Assembly (NCBI RefSeq): GCF_006345805.1
Contig: NC_043013.1
Coordinates: 23,436,001-23,500,000, forward strand
Direction: 5' to 3'
DNA: 64,000 nt
DNA from: Octopus sinensis
Lineage: Eukaryota
The notes beneath the pieces were generated by a model. The model had not been told where the DNA came from, did not search any database, and saw nothing but the letters and a program-made list of their open reading frames with translations. Position 1 is the stretch's first letter; every line of letters starts with the position of its first letter. Positions 1-13,005 of this stretch are shown in pieces. Made by a program: the position numbers and the translations under genes.

Positions 1-149
1 AAAAAGAACTCAACGTTGTTTGAGTTTCCAGATTTTAGTCCATGACCATGAATCTGTCATCATCCAGCAAAATGTATTTTGTCACATTTATGAATTAAAC
101 TAATTAAAGTTTATATATATGTGTGTGTGTTTGTATATTAGTGTGTGTG

Positions 150-930
150 TATAATAAGGAAGACGGCTATATACAATATAAAACCAAAAAACAAAAGTTC
201 AGTTGTCACTAGTTGAGGGTGCAGAGTAGCACTTACATTGCTAGAAATAAGAGCTAAAAAGGCCTTACAGCTGCAGGAACACTAAGGAGTGATAACCACC
301 TCACAGCGACCAAGATCACTATACTATAGTTTTGTTTGAAAATTTCAAACTCATCAGCAGTGACTCCTCCGTAGTTGGATGGTTTAAGCTAAATCCCAGC
401 TGTCAGAAAATATGTTTACCATATTAATTCATGGTTGAATTGGCAAAATGCTAGAGCAAAAATTATAAATTAATGAAGGCGGCTATACGCAGTATTAAAC
501 TTAAAAAAGAAAAATTCAGTTGTTACTAGTTGTGACTGAGAGTGCAGGATAGCACCTACATTGCTAGAAATAAGAGCTAAAAAGGCCTTACAGCTGCAGG
601 AAGCACATTCCTATGCACTGAGAGGGGAAATAACCACCCCACAGTGAGCGAGGTTCCCATACTAGTCTAGTTTTGCTTTGAATTAAAGTTCCTCTGTGGT
701 GACTATTCCATTGCTGGATGATTTGGTTATATGCTGACTGCTAGTGTTTAGTGTTTACCATTTGTATTAGTGGAGGATTCTGTAAAATGGTAAAGTGGAA
801 ATTATGGAATAATGAAGGCGGCTAATCACAATATCAAACCAAAACAGAAAAATACAATTGTCACTACATTGCTAGAAATAAGAACTAAAAAGCTCTTGTA
901 GCTGCAGGAAGCACTTATCTATGCACTGAT
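150..930. repeat. Diverged tandem repeat, ~310-340-bp unit, about 2.4 copies
   Basis: Core tacattgctagaaataagagctaaaaaggccttacagctgcaggaa at 234-279 and 557-602 (identical) and 865-910 (variant). Confidence 0.9.
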
Positions 931-1469
931 GTGTGTGTGTGTAGATATGTGCCTACATATCATCATCATCATCACCACCACCATTGAATCTCCATGTTCC
1001 ATTTTAGCACGAGTTGGATGCTGTGTCCAAGGACTGTTTTCGCCCGGCTTTTATGCTTGGATGATCTTCCTAACATTAACCACTTTACAGCATGGATTGG
1101 GGGCTCTTTATATACAACTTGCAGAACTACAAACCCTGGGGGCAGGGAGGGGTCAGTTTCATGCCAGTGGACAAGGGATTGAACTCTGAGAAGTCAGATA
1201 GGGTTGTGCAGATCTTTGTTGAAGATCTTATGTAAATTCCGTATCTTGAATCTCAGGAGTGGTGGTCATTGTCATTGCAGTGATTGAAATATCAGACATA
1301 CCTGCCTCGATGCATTAATCCCCACACCCTTAACCTTCCATAGTTTCCTCATTTGTGATGATACACTGTAGGGGTAGCAGAAGCAACACCCAACTTCATC
1401 CACACCCCACCCCACCCCACTCACAATTATTCAAACAGAAAAAAAATTTTGATTAACTACTATCATTCA

Positions 1470-1479
1470 TTATATATAT

Positions 1480-1515
<36 letters not shown>

Positions 1516-1740
1516 ATGAATGATAGTATATATATATATATAATGAATGATGTATATATATATAATGAATGATAGTATATATCATAATATAATGAATGAT
1601 AGTATATATCATAATATAATGAATGATAGTATATTTATATATATATATATATATAATATATATATATATATAATGAATGATAGTATATATCATAATATAA
1701 TGAATGATAGTATATTTATATATATATATATAATATAAAA
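1470..1740. repeat. AT-rich minisatellite (aatgaatgatagtatatatcataatat, 27 bp) mixed with (TA)n
   Basis: Directly visible tandem units. Confidence 0.9.
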
Positions 1741-2221
1741 TTTTAATCCATTTCTTTCTTTCATTCCATTTCAAAACTCAGGAATTTCAATTTCCATTCC
1801 ATTTCATTATATTTTATTTTATTTTCTTCTATTTAATCTAATTTTATTTTATTTCATTTCTCTTTTCATTTTATTTACTTTTCATCTTTTGTTCACTCAA
1901 AAAGTTTCCGGAAATGAGTTTTTACTAGTATCATCATCATCATCATCATCATCGTTATTTTAAAATTAGAAATTTTTAAATTGAAATAGCAACAACCAAA
2001 TGTTATGGCAAGAGTGGGTGTATAAATGTGAGTGTATAAATGTGATGGTTTTGTAAGTTATAGGAAGTCTGATAGCATGTTGCTGTTGTTTATTCCTGGG
2101 ATGATCCCTTGGATTGGAAGTATTCCTGCTTTAACCGTTCTATCGTTTTCTCTTTTAGTCATAGAGCATCTAGGAGTACATTACTTTTGCTGTTTAGATG
2201 TCTGGTACACGTGGGTGGAGT

Positions 2222-2605
2222 GGAGGCACAATGGCCCAGTGGTTAGGGCAGCGGACTCGCGGTCGTAGGATCGTGGTTTTGATTCCCAGACCGGGCGTTG
2301 TGAGTGTTTATTGAGCGAAAACACCTAAAGCTCCACGAGGCTCCGGCAGGGGATGGTGGTGATCCCTGCTGTACTCTTTCACCACAACTTTCTCTCACTC
2401 TTACTTCCTGTTTCTGTTGTACCTGTATTTCAAAGGGCCGGCCTTGTCACTCTCTGTGTCACGCTGAATATCCCTGAGAACTACGTTAAGGGTACACGTG
2501 TCTCTGGAGTGCTCAGCCACTTACACGTTAATTTCACGAGCAGGCTGTTCCTTTGATTTGGATCAACCGGAACCCTCGTCGTCGTAACCGACGGAGTGCT
2601 TCCAT
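2222..2605 (+). mobile_element. tRNA-derived SINE family C with a 12-bp TSD
   Basis: Head ggaggcacaatggcccagtggttagggcagcggactcgcgg with A/B-box-like motifs. acacgtgggtgg flanks both ends. Confidence 0.88.
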
Positions 2606-3679
2606 TCCACACGTGGGTGGCTGTGGGTCACTGCATGTAGAAAAGGGATAATGAGCAGCACCCACATTTTCAGTTGAATGATTTTTTGGAAGGGAAGAGT
2701 GCAATTGGTCAAGCAAAGGTCAAGCAATCAATTAAAATGACTGCAGTTCATATCTTTTCATTGGATCTGTGTTGTATTTGCAGTTTATTGAAATATTTTT
2801 GATTTAAAATAGATTTTCAAGAATTGTGAGAGAAAATGATTAGCTCTATAAGACATATCTGTCTGTCTGTTTGTCTGTCCATCCATCCATCAATCCATCA
2901 ATCCATCAATCAATCCATCAATCCATCAATCAATCAAAGCACTGGTGCTTCATAAAAAGCATCCAGTCTATTCTGTAAAGTGGTTGGCATTAGGAAGGGC
3001 GTCCTGCTGTAGAAACCAGGCTGCACTAGGCAATGGAACATGGGGAGGGGGGCTTCCCAGTCTTACCAGCTCCTGCCAAACCATCCTACATGTGCCAGCA
3101 TGGAAAACAGACACTGAATGATGATGATGATAATCTACACACACACACACACGGTTAAAAGGGGTAAAAATCAAAAATAGTATTTAAAGACTTCCTAGCA
3201 AAGCCACATTTTTGTCCAAGTGGAAGTTAATTGTTTAGCCCTAGGTCTGTCCTGATTGAGCATACCTATGATCAAAAGTATTCCAGCAACAACCATTATC
3301 ACTTTTTATTTTTCAGGTAATGTATGTCCAATACGACATGTCTTAATACAACATTGCCTAATGTTGTCTTAAATATTATTTTTGAGATGTTAATGAAACT
3401 TGGCTGCTATTTATGGCATGTCAAGTAACCAAGCAGCTTGTTGGTGAAGTTGTGTGGTGGTAGGGGGATGGATGGGGGTGCAGCCGGCTAAAATTGCCTC
3501 CAATTTTCTGTATTGATTCTGGTGGAATAAAAAACACAAAACTGAAGTTCAGAATGTAAAAGAAGGAATCCAAAGATTTTGCATTGAAAATATTCTTCAC
3601 CATTTTACAAATTTTCTTTCTTTTTTTTTTTTTCATTTCTTTACCATTTTGATCAATGGTTGTCTTGTGTAGCATGTTG

Positions 3680-4625
3680 GGCTGGTGAAGGTGGTGATGT
3701 CCATGTTGGGATTGGTATTATAATAATGGTTGTAGTGGTAGTGGTGCCATTTTGGTGCTAGCTGTGAGAGTGGTATCGTTTTAGCAGTGATGGTCGGAGT
3801 TGGGACTGGTATCAGTGGTAGCCGGAGTGGTACAGTAGTAGAGATGATAGTGGTGTCATTGGTGGTGGTCACTATAAGAGGTAGAATCTTTCTAGCTGTG
3901 GTTGTTGTGTTCCCAGTGCTTGTAAAGATTAGCAATATTAATAGTGTGGTGGTGGTGGTGGTGATGTCATATCAGTGGTGGAAGTGTCAGTGATAGTATG
4001 GACTCTGGGAATGGTAGAGGTGGTGGTGGTGGTGTAATATTAATGGTAATGCACCTGCAGAAGTGTAACAGTGTAGTTTGTGATGGTTGTGTGGTGATGT
4101 TGTTGTTGTTTAACCCCAGGCCAGGTCTTATGATGCAGAATGCAGACCAATAATCAAAGGCGTTCCAGCCACGACCATCCCATCTTTAGGTTGAACTTAC
4201 AATATCTAGAACTGCATTAATTCAGTGTGTTCCTTCTTCTATTTTCGTGAGGATGAGCTGTGATCTATTGAGCTGGTTGAGCAACCATCTCGAGAGTCTG
4301 TCATTGGTTGCGGCTCTTTGAGGGTGATGTGGTAACAACAATAAGTGTGGGGCCACATCAGTGGTAGGGAAGATGGCAGCTATAACACTAGTGTGATTGA
4401 AAGGGGTGGCGGTGGTGCTGGCAATGTCAGCAGCAACAACAGTGGTGGTGGTGGTGGTGGTGGTGGTAGTGCTGCCAATGGCAGTGGGTGGTAGGGTTCA
4501 TACAAGTGGTAATGATGATTCAGCAAAATCTTTCCATCAAATTTTGGAAATCTTTCAAAGTGTTGTGGGTGCAGGTGGGATAGTGTTGTTGTGGTGGTGG
4601 TGGTGGTGGTGGTGGGTGATGTTAC
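3680..4625. repeat. Degenerate (GTG/GTT/GTA)n low-complexity tract
   Basis: Recurrent gtggtggtg runs. ORFs here are poly-V/W/H artefacts. Confidence 0.8.
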
Positions 4626-4887
4626 CTGAGAACCTCCAAGCAGTTTGAGAAGGCAGGGTTATCATGTTTCTTAGGGAGACAACTTTGGGAAGGAAGATAC
4701 CTGGCAAGAATTGGCGCATCAGGCTTTGTTTATTCTGGCAATAAACAGAAACGGCAATCTTCTGCTGCACCACAAAGCTGATGACTGGTGGCAGCTTTGT
4801 TGACACTGGCATTGGCTGTGGTGGGAGAACAGTGTTTGTTTTGTTCTCTTTCTTTATCTCTCCCTTTTTAACCTCCCTGCCTCACTC

Positions 4888-5530
4888 TTCTCTCTCTCTC
4901 CTCTCCTTTCAGTTAATTCTTTACCTCCTTCCTCTCTCTCTCTCTCTCTCCTCTCCTTTCAGTTTCTTTCTTTACCTCCTCTCTCTCTCCTCTCCTTTCA
5001 GTTTCTTTCTTTACCTCCTTTCTCTCTCTCCTCTCCTTTCAGTTTCTTTCTTTACCTCCTTCCTCTCTCTCTCCTCTCCTTTCAGTTTCTTTCTTTACCT
5101 CCTTCTTCTCTCTCTCCTCTCCTTTCAGTTTCTTTCTTTACCTCCTCTCTCTCTCCTCTCCTTTCAGTTTCTTTCTTTACCTCCTTCCTCTCTCTCTCTC
5201 TCTCTCCTCTCCTTTCAGTTTCTTTCTTTACCTCCTCTCTCTCTCCTCTCCTTTCAGTTTCTTTCTTTACCTCCTTCCTCTCTCTCTCCTCTCCTTTCAG
5301 TTTCTTTCTTTACCTCCTTCCTCTCTCTCTCCTCTCCTTTCAGTTTCTTTCTTTACCTCCTTCTCTCTCTCCTCTCCTTTCAGTTTCTTTCTTTACCTCC
5401 TTCCTCTCTCTCTCCTCTCCTTTCAGTTTCTTTCTTTACCTCCTTCCTCTCTCTCTCCTCTCCTTTCAGTTTCTTTCTTTACCTCCTTCCTCTCTCTCCT
5501 CTCCTCTGTTTCTTTTTTTACCTCCTTCCT
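4888..5530. repeat. Polypyrimidine minisatellite, ~40-bp unit (ctctctctcctctcctttcagtttctttctttacctcct)
   Basis: 14 occurrences of ctcctttcag counted. Confidence 0.95.
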
Positions 5531-7399
5531 CTCTCTCTCCATTCCTAATTACTTCCCCCTCTATCTGACTATTCTATTTTCTCTTCCCTTTTATTTCTCT
5601 CTTTCCAGTGTCTCTTTCTTTTCCCTCCTCTTTCTATATCTCTGTCTTTTTCTACTTCTTTAGCTTTTTCTCTTTCACTTTCTAATATTTCTCAACTAAG
5701 ACATTTACACATTCTTCCTTCCATCTTCTTACCTCTCTCTCTCTCTCTTCTCTACATACATACATACTCAGCTTCTGCAACGGAAACCTATTTCAGCTTG
5801 TAATCTTCTTGTTTTCCATTGTCTGCTTCTGAATGTACCTGACAATTATTAACTTCTAATGGTTAACGTTAACCATTCAACACACCAACAGTGTGTTCCC
5901 ACCCCACTCATCTACCTCCTCCTCATAAGCATCATATGTTTTAAAACTGCCATTTTACATTGAGGTGAGCCTTAATAGCTATAGACACAGCCCCAAGGGA
6001 CCGGCTTTCATCTGAGAAAGAAAGAAAACAAAACCTAAAATTCTAAACATGACCTGACGTGTGGAGAGGATTAGAGAAAGATGTTTTTGCAATTGAGGGA
6101 AGGGCAGCACAGGTGATCTTTTTGTTGAACCTCCAATATTAACGGTGGGGCAGGTTGCGGGTACCATAATTCTGACTTGAATATTTGCAGCAGTAGAGAA
6201 CTGGCTGAAGGTATCCAGTGTATTTACTGGACCAGGGATAAAGCATATCATCCCAAGCCATGTACAGGTCATTTGATAGGTATCCCACACACCTCAGTTG
6301 ACCAATCATCACTCACAAGGCTGGAACGATCCGAGATCATTAAAGAGGATGTCCAAAACACTGTAAAGTCAAACTGTGATTGTGAAGAGGACTTCTTAAT
6401 TACACAGTTGTGCCTTAATTGAATTAATTAGCAAGTAGTGTAAAACTTGAAGCATTGAATATGTAGCTAATTGTCTTGAAAAGTGAAATTGTTTTCAGCT
6501 GAGACCTTATTTGCCTTAGTATGAGTATTGCTTGGTTTCTTCTTAGTATTTTGTTCCTGGTTAGTACCTAGTCTAGCATCTTGTCGTGCTAGTCTCTAAT
6601 CTGGTGTACATTACAGACCTATCTATGGACCTGTAAATATATACACCACTAATATCTGGTGTGTTTAAGTGAAACGATGACAGGCCTTGAGGACCAGCTA
6701 CTAAACTACCAACCAACAGAGCTTCAATTTGAATCAACAAAAGACACGCTAGATGTATATGAACTCCACACTAAATCCTACACACTTTAGAAACACTCTC
6801 TTACATATAGAAGAACCGTATTACTCTTGTGCATGGTGATTAGGTGTCTTGTCATCTGTGAATGTCACATGCAGTCAACTGTTATCTTGTACAGGATACC
6901 AATAATTAGCAGACAGGCTAGAGGACATTCTGTGCCCCTTTATATATGCCTCTGGGTGGAGTGAGGCTCATTCCCATTTCCTCTTGCTTTACGACTGCTT
7001 TCCCCAGAGAAAATAAAAGACAGATGTAGTGAAGAAGAGATTCACAAATATAACCCAATTGCTGCTTATTAAATTCTTTGTTTTTTAATATTTATTCTGA
7101 TTTCCCATTGAGTCTGGAATAACAAAAAAAAAACAACAACAACCAGTTATCATTAGTTCTTGATTTTCCCTAAATTCAAATTTTCTTGTGAAAGGTTCAA
7201 TATTATGGTAAAAGTTGGTTCATTGGAGCTGTCTTTTTTTTTCGTATTTACCTCATTTTAAATAAATTCTCAATTCTAACAAGCTGACCACATGGATAAA
7301 TATTAACAAAAAAACTTTGTTGTGTCTTCCATGCAATCTACGAAGCTCTTTTCCCTTCAGCCTAATCACCAAACCATCAAATAATTCTTTTTTAACAGT

Positions 7400-7629
7400 T
7401 TAGAGCTTCTAAACTAGGGGCCGTATAAGATTTTGTTAAAGTTTATCTGCAATAAACTGGATATACACAAAATATTTTAACAATTTTTTTATACACTTCC
7501 TGACAAATATTTAATTAGAAAAGCCTATAATAGGATTTTTTTTAAAAACATTGAATGGCCATGAGGGTCCATCCAAGTGAAATAGGAATCAGAAGGGACT
7601 ATAGGTAAAAAGGGGTTGAGAACCACTGG
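7400..7629. mobile_element. Possible decayed hAT/Charlie-type MITE
   Basis: Ends ggttgagaaccactg, a typical hAT-Charlie terminus. The left end is only weakly similar. Confidence 0.35.
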
Positions 7630-8204
7630 TTTAGAAGTTTATAGTAGAAAAGGGAATCCATCTGTAAAAAGTCTTTGCTTCAAACATATACAACCTTTGT
7701 GCAGTCTGTGAAGTTTCATTTAGTTGGTTCTCAACTCTTATTTTCTGTAACTTTAAGCTGCTAGAAAAGAAATTCTTTTCCTGATTATCAACACCAATGT
7801 ATTGTTAAAAACAAGATCTGCATTTTGAAAGAAATAGCAGGGAAGGCTGTTAAATATCAAAATATGGGGAAAAAATGAAGTCATGTAACATAACTTCATC
7901 ATACTAGTGAATATGAAGAGAAGAAAAGAAAGATTGCAAGGAGATGGAGAAGGAGTAAGGAATTGGTAAGGAAGGAGATTGTAGAAAATTTGAGGTTGGC
8001 TGAGGACAGAGAAAGCTGGAAGGAAGAGGTTAGGGTCTGTTATGGTGCATTTAGGGTCCCCTTTGTCTGTGGATTTTTATTGATTCCTATTTAGGTAGAG
8101 AAGTAAATATCCTTCCATGACAAAAGATAAAATACAAAATGAATGGCTCTTGAACTTTCTCTTCTGGATTAATGCATCCATTTAACATCAAAATGGAAAT
8201 TGTA

Positions 8205-8532
8205 GTTAAGATACCTGTGCCGGTGACACCTTAGATGCACCGTCCGAACGTGGCAGATGCCAGCGCCGCCTGACTGGCATCCGTGTTGGTGACATGTAAA
8301 AGCACCAACTGATCGTGGCCATTTGCCAGCCTCCTGGCCCCTGTGCCGGTGACACGTATAAAGCACCCACTACACTAACAGAGTGGTTGGCGTTAGGAAG
8401 GGCATACAGCTGTAGAAACACTGCCAAATCAGACTGGAGCCTGTGCAGCCTCCTGGCTTCCCAGACCCCGGTTGAACCGTCCAACCCATGCTAGCATGGA
8501 AAACGGACGTTAATTGTTGATGATGATGATGA
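8205..8532 (+). mobile_element. LINE 3'-tail copy ending in a (GAT)n tail
   Basis: Ends ccaacccatgctagcatggaaaacggacgttaa..gatgatg and shares internal repeats with 43345-43780. Further copies lie at approx 958-1165(-), 2940-3130(+), 15335-15532(+), 44690-44915(-), 52575-52750(-) and 63490-63730(+). Confidence 0.75.
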
Positions 8533-9474
8533 TTTTCTGGAAGTGGTTTACACATGTTAATACTCAGAAAGATATCAACTCCAGTTGTGACCATATGGTT
8601 AACAAATTGAAGGGTCATTCCCATTGTGGGGACACTGTTGGCTGGTGTCTTCTGTTTGTGGAAATTACAGACAGAAACTGGAAGAAGCCCCTGTGTGTGC
8701 ACGTGAGAAAGAGAGAATGTATTTCCCTTTGTCTTGACATGTGCACATTAATTGTAAACAAAAGCCACCAGTGTAGAAACAGTGTCTTTTGTTTACAATC
8801 TTCTTTGAAAGTATGTCTGGGCATTGAGCTGTTTGCTGTTCATTAGAACAGAGAAAATATTCACCGTACATGGGAACTGGTGACGACTGGTAACAGGAAG
8901 GTAAAAAGAAAAAAACTCTGGCTAAAGAAAAGTTCCATCTAATCCATGCAGGCACAGAGAAACGGATGTTAAAATGATGTAAATGAAATGATTAGCTCTA
9001 CTACTACTACTACTACTGATAATGATAATAGTAATAAAAATATTAATGAATGAATGTTGGTGTGTGATAGTAGGGGGATGTAACAAAACTTTCATTTTGT
9101 GCTTTGTATATTGACTTTAATCAAATGCTGGAGGAGAGTGGAAAAATTTGGTAGTAACAATGTGGGAATGGAAAAATTTGGAAGTACAAATATGCAAATT
9201 GAGATTGATTCTTGGTGGAGCTATTTTCACTTCATTTGCACTCATCATATCTGCAATTCCTACTTGAGTCTGCACCGAAAGACAAAATATTTGGTCATCC
9301 AGTGACTCATTGGAAATTAGAGATAATTCCCATTGTCTGACTTAATTATTCTCATAAGTTATTTCAACATAATTATATAACAATTATTTCTTCTATACAA
9401 ACAAGTGAACGGGGTACCTCCATACAATCACTCAATCTGTTAGAAAAACAACAGTTAAATCTCCCTTAAATAGG

Positions 9475-9812
9475 TGCAGGAGTGGCTGTGTGGTAAGTGG
9501 CTGTGTGGTAAGTGGCTTGCTAACCAACCACATGGTTCCGGGTTCAGTCTCACTGCGTGGCAATATGCGCAGGAGTGGCTGTGTGGTAAGTAGTTTGCTA
9601 ACCAACCACATGGTTCCGGGTTCAGTCTCACTGCGTGGCAATAGGCGCAGGAGTGGCTGTGTGGTAAGTAGCTTGCTAACCAACCACATGGTTCCGGGTT
9701 CAGTCTCACTGCGTGGCATCTTGGGCAAGTGTCTTCTGCTATAGCCCCGGGCCGACCAACGCCTTGTGATTGGATTTGGTAGACGGAAACTGAAAGAAGC
9801 CTGTCGTATATA

Positions 9813-9863
<51 letters not shown>

Positions 9864-10075
9864 TTGTGTGTCTGTGTTTGTCCCCCTAGCATTGCTTGAC
9901 AACCGATGCTGGTATGTTTACATCCCCGTCACTTAGCGGTTCGGCAAAAAAGAGACCGATAGAATAAGTACTGGGCTTACAAAGAATAAGTCCCTGTGTC
10001 GATTTGCTTGACTAAAGGCGGTGCTCCAGCATGGCCACAGTCAAATGACTGAAACAAGTAAAAGAGAGAAAGAGA
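9475..10075 (+). mobile_element. tRNA-derived SINE family A with a triplicated tRNA-like head
   Basis: A-box-like TGGCTGTGTGG and B-box-like GGTTCAGTC repeat three times at a 78-bp period. The body has an internal (TA)n/(TG)n stretch and the tail ggcggtgctccagcatggccacagtcaaatgactgaaacaagtaaaag. Confidence 0.85.
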
Positions 10076-10933
10076 GAAATTATCTTGAAAAATGGGAAGC
10101 ATATTGGATAATCTTGTCATAGGTACACAGTCTGAAGATATGGTCATGGCCAGAACGTCTGATTATGGCTCTGTTTGATCAGGCCTGTTCCAGACTGCAC
10201 CAACATGTCTTTGTTATTGTGTTTGAGTTACTTCATTGGTTGTTAATGTGTTAAGAATTTGGTAAAGCAGAAACTCTGTCTTTAAGCAACAGCTTGTCTT
10301 TATCTTCTACCATTGCATGTGTGTGTGTTGTGTGTGTGTGTGTGTGTATGAGAGAGAGAAAGAGTCAGATTGGTATCTGGTTGACTTGGATCCTCTGAAG
10401 AAGCTTGTCAGAATAAACATTCTGTACTTAATGAAGGTGAGGGAATCAATTAACTGGGTGTGTGAAACTATCTCTTTTTCCTTTGTTTCACTTATTGCTT
10501 TTTAATAAAAAAATACTTAAAGAAATTTCCTTGAAATATTTAACAAAATTGATAAAGAACAGTAAAAATTCAGTCATGTGTGTTTGTGTGTGTGTGTATA
10601 TACCAACATGGAAATCAGATGTTAAATGATGATGCTGTGTACCTGTGTCTCCATGGATGACGTTTATATTCCATGACTTTGCTAATGTGCAAAATGGTGA
10701 TGTTTTTATTCCTTGTTAACATTATGACTGGTCACTTTATATTTTCAATAACCAGTGGAATAAAAAAAATTCCCTTACTTAAAAAACTGGCAACTGAAAG
10801 GATATCTAACTATGAAACATTGTCTTTAATATACTCTAGTATAAGCCATGCTAGCATTATGAAAATGAAATAAGCAAATGAATTAACATGCTTAATGACT
10901 AATAACAGTCTTCGTTGTATTATTTTTAATATC

Positions 10934-11324
10934 GGAGGCGCAATGGCCCAGTGGTTAGGGCAGTGGACTCGCGGTCATAGGATCGTGGTTTCGATTCCCA
11001 GACTGGGCGTTGTGAGTGTTTATTGAGCGAAAACACCTAAAACCTCCACGAGGCTCCGGCAGGGGATGGTGGTGATCCCTGCTGTACTCTTTCACCACAA
11101 CTTTCTCTCACTCTTACTTCCTGTTTCTGCTGTACCTGTATTTCAAGGGGCCGGCCTTGTCACTCTGTGTCACGCTGAATATCCCCGAGAACTACGTTAA
11201 GGGTGCACGTGTCTGTGGAGTGCTCAGCCACTTACACGTTAATTTCATGAGCAGGCTGTTCCGTTGATTCGGATCAACCGGAACCCTCGTTTTCGTAACC
11301 GACGGAGTGCTTCCATCCCATCCA
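10934..11324 (+). mobile_element. SINE family C copy with an 11-bp TSD
   Basis: Near-identical to 2222-2605, with tttttaatatc on both sides. A decayed copy lies at ~44150-44410. Confidence 0.88.
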
Positions 11325-12209
11325 TTTTTAATATCTCAAGTTAATAAGTGGCCTCTTTTCAATTTCAAATGGAATGATGTCAATTTTATCATGACTAGTT
11401 CCATTTAGGTCTGATAACATTTTTTTCTTTCACTTCATTAAAAAACAGAAAATGTCGATTTTATTTTGTCCCATCTCAGAAAGCATCAATTCACATTTAT
11501 AAACTCTCCGTTTATATTGCATGTTTAATGTAAGTCATTATTATAAATAAATAAGTTTTTAAAAAACCCACTTGTTTATCTTTAAAAGGCAGTTTAGCAA
11601 AGGGAGGCGGTTGAAAAGCTAAAATGATTAATAAAGCGTTTTTGCATATGAACAATAAACGAAGCAGAACAATAAACAAGATCTTCTTTTTAAAATATTT
11701 TATTAAAATAATCTAACTTTAGTTAATGTCTTTTCTGTATGAAATTTCTTTAAAAATCTGAAAAATGAACAACAAAAATAATTCAATATTTTGAATTTTA
11801 TTGTTAAAAGAAAAAAGGAAAAATAATAACAATAGCTATTAAATCATTATTTGTTATTTTTGAAAGATATGCAGCAGAAAAACAAAATGAAATAAAAACA
11901 ATTGCACATTTAGATTTTCTTTGAGAAATATAGTTTAAAGGAGGTCAGTTGAGAACCAATATTGGAATGAATGAGCTGCAAATGGTATTGCACAGAAGCA
12001 TGCAGCTTCTTTAATCTTCATTCTACATGCAATTAAATTCAGATTTTGAGAAATCTGATATTCACAAGAACCTCTTAACTATTTTATCTTCATCTTGCCT
12101 AATGGTTAATATTTAAAACATAAATCCTCTTATCAATAAGATAACCATTTTACAGACCAGAACTACTGGCAGCATCCTGTTAGAACAACAACAACTACTG
12201 CTGCTGCTG

Positions 12210-12240
<31 letters not shown>

Positions 12241-12885
12241 TCATATAGCTGTTTTAACTGAAGCCAACATGGCCAGCTTTCACAGCACTTAACCTGGTCA
12301 ATGTTTTGGTTGAATCTCCTTCAACAAATATTTTCTTAACTTTTATTTGGACAGTATGTCCACAGTAAAAGACAGATGACCACAGTTGAAAGCTATCAAA
12401 CACTGAAGTTCAGCCTTAACCAGAGAACTGGTCGAACCGGTCAAACATAATTCAAAGTGACTGGACGTGTGGATTGTGAGTATTTAATTAGATGCCTCCA
12501 TGTCAGGCAGAGCTGAAGGGGTTTTGTACAATGACTATTACCTAGACACTGTCATTTAATCTGCCAGAAATAGCAGCAACACTCTACAATCTCAGATAAA
12601 AAACACTGGACAACACTGGACCCTGATATACAAAAGGGCTGAATGAGTTTGCTGTATCAAGACTGGCCAGGGTCCAAAACAACTATTTTGACTGTAAACC
12701 CCTGCTATCAATGTTTCTTAATCTTTTACTGTTCACAGTCCCCAAAGGGAGCAGCCCTTCTACTGTCCACAGCAGTAGAAGGATTTTGTAGATGCAGAGC
12801 TATGTGTATTCTTTCATCTGAACCCATTGTTTAGTGACTGAATTATTTATTTTCTATAGTAAAGTATTTTTGAATTTTATTTCAG

Positions 12886-13005
12886 ATTGCAATGACAACT
12901 TCCACAAAGTCGCCGGGGCACAGTCATGGAACAAAAAAGACCAAAGAGCTTACGGTTTGTGCATCTCGTTATACGACCAACACCCGATTTATGGGAAGAT
13001 GTCTG
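12886..13005 (+). CDS. PP2C-like domain protein (CG9801-like), internal exon A: (x)CNDNFHKVAGAQSWNKKDQRAYGLCISLYDQHPIYGKMS(G)
   Basis: Acceptor ttttatttcag at 12884-85 and donor GTAAGT at 13006. Phase 1 at both ends, splicing in frame to exon B to give [12 protein letters not shown]. The upstream exon(s) and start codon were not identified. Confidence 0.85.

Noticed and set aside
240-252. gctagaaataag resembles the Cas9 sgRNA scaffold (GCTAGAAATAGC)
   Set aside because: Only ~10 nt match, and the rest of the scaffold is absent. Coincidence.
4781-5548. 255-aa L/S/F-rich ORF
   Set aside because: A stop-free translation of the pyrimidine minisatellite, with no start or splice context and no domain.
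5979-6422. ORFs 6177..6422(+) and 5979..6290(-) as the missing 5' exon of the PP2C-like gene or as a GIY-YIG remnant
   Set aside because: No convincing splice-site pair giving a phase-1 end, and no recognisable motif.
9475-9730. CRISPR-like repeat array (also considered for 24068-24232 and 150-930)
   Set aside because: Units are contiguous tandem copies with no unique spacers, the context is eukaryotic, and no cas genes are present.
12355-12475. Exon-like segment with a cag acceptor and GTGAGT donor just upstream of exon A
   Set aside because: Stops in all three frames. At most a non-coding exon, and it cannot supply the required phase-1 codon.
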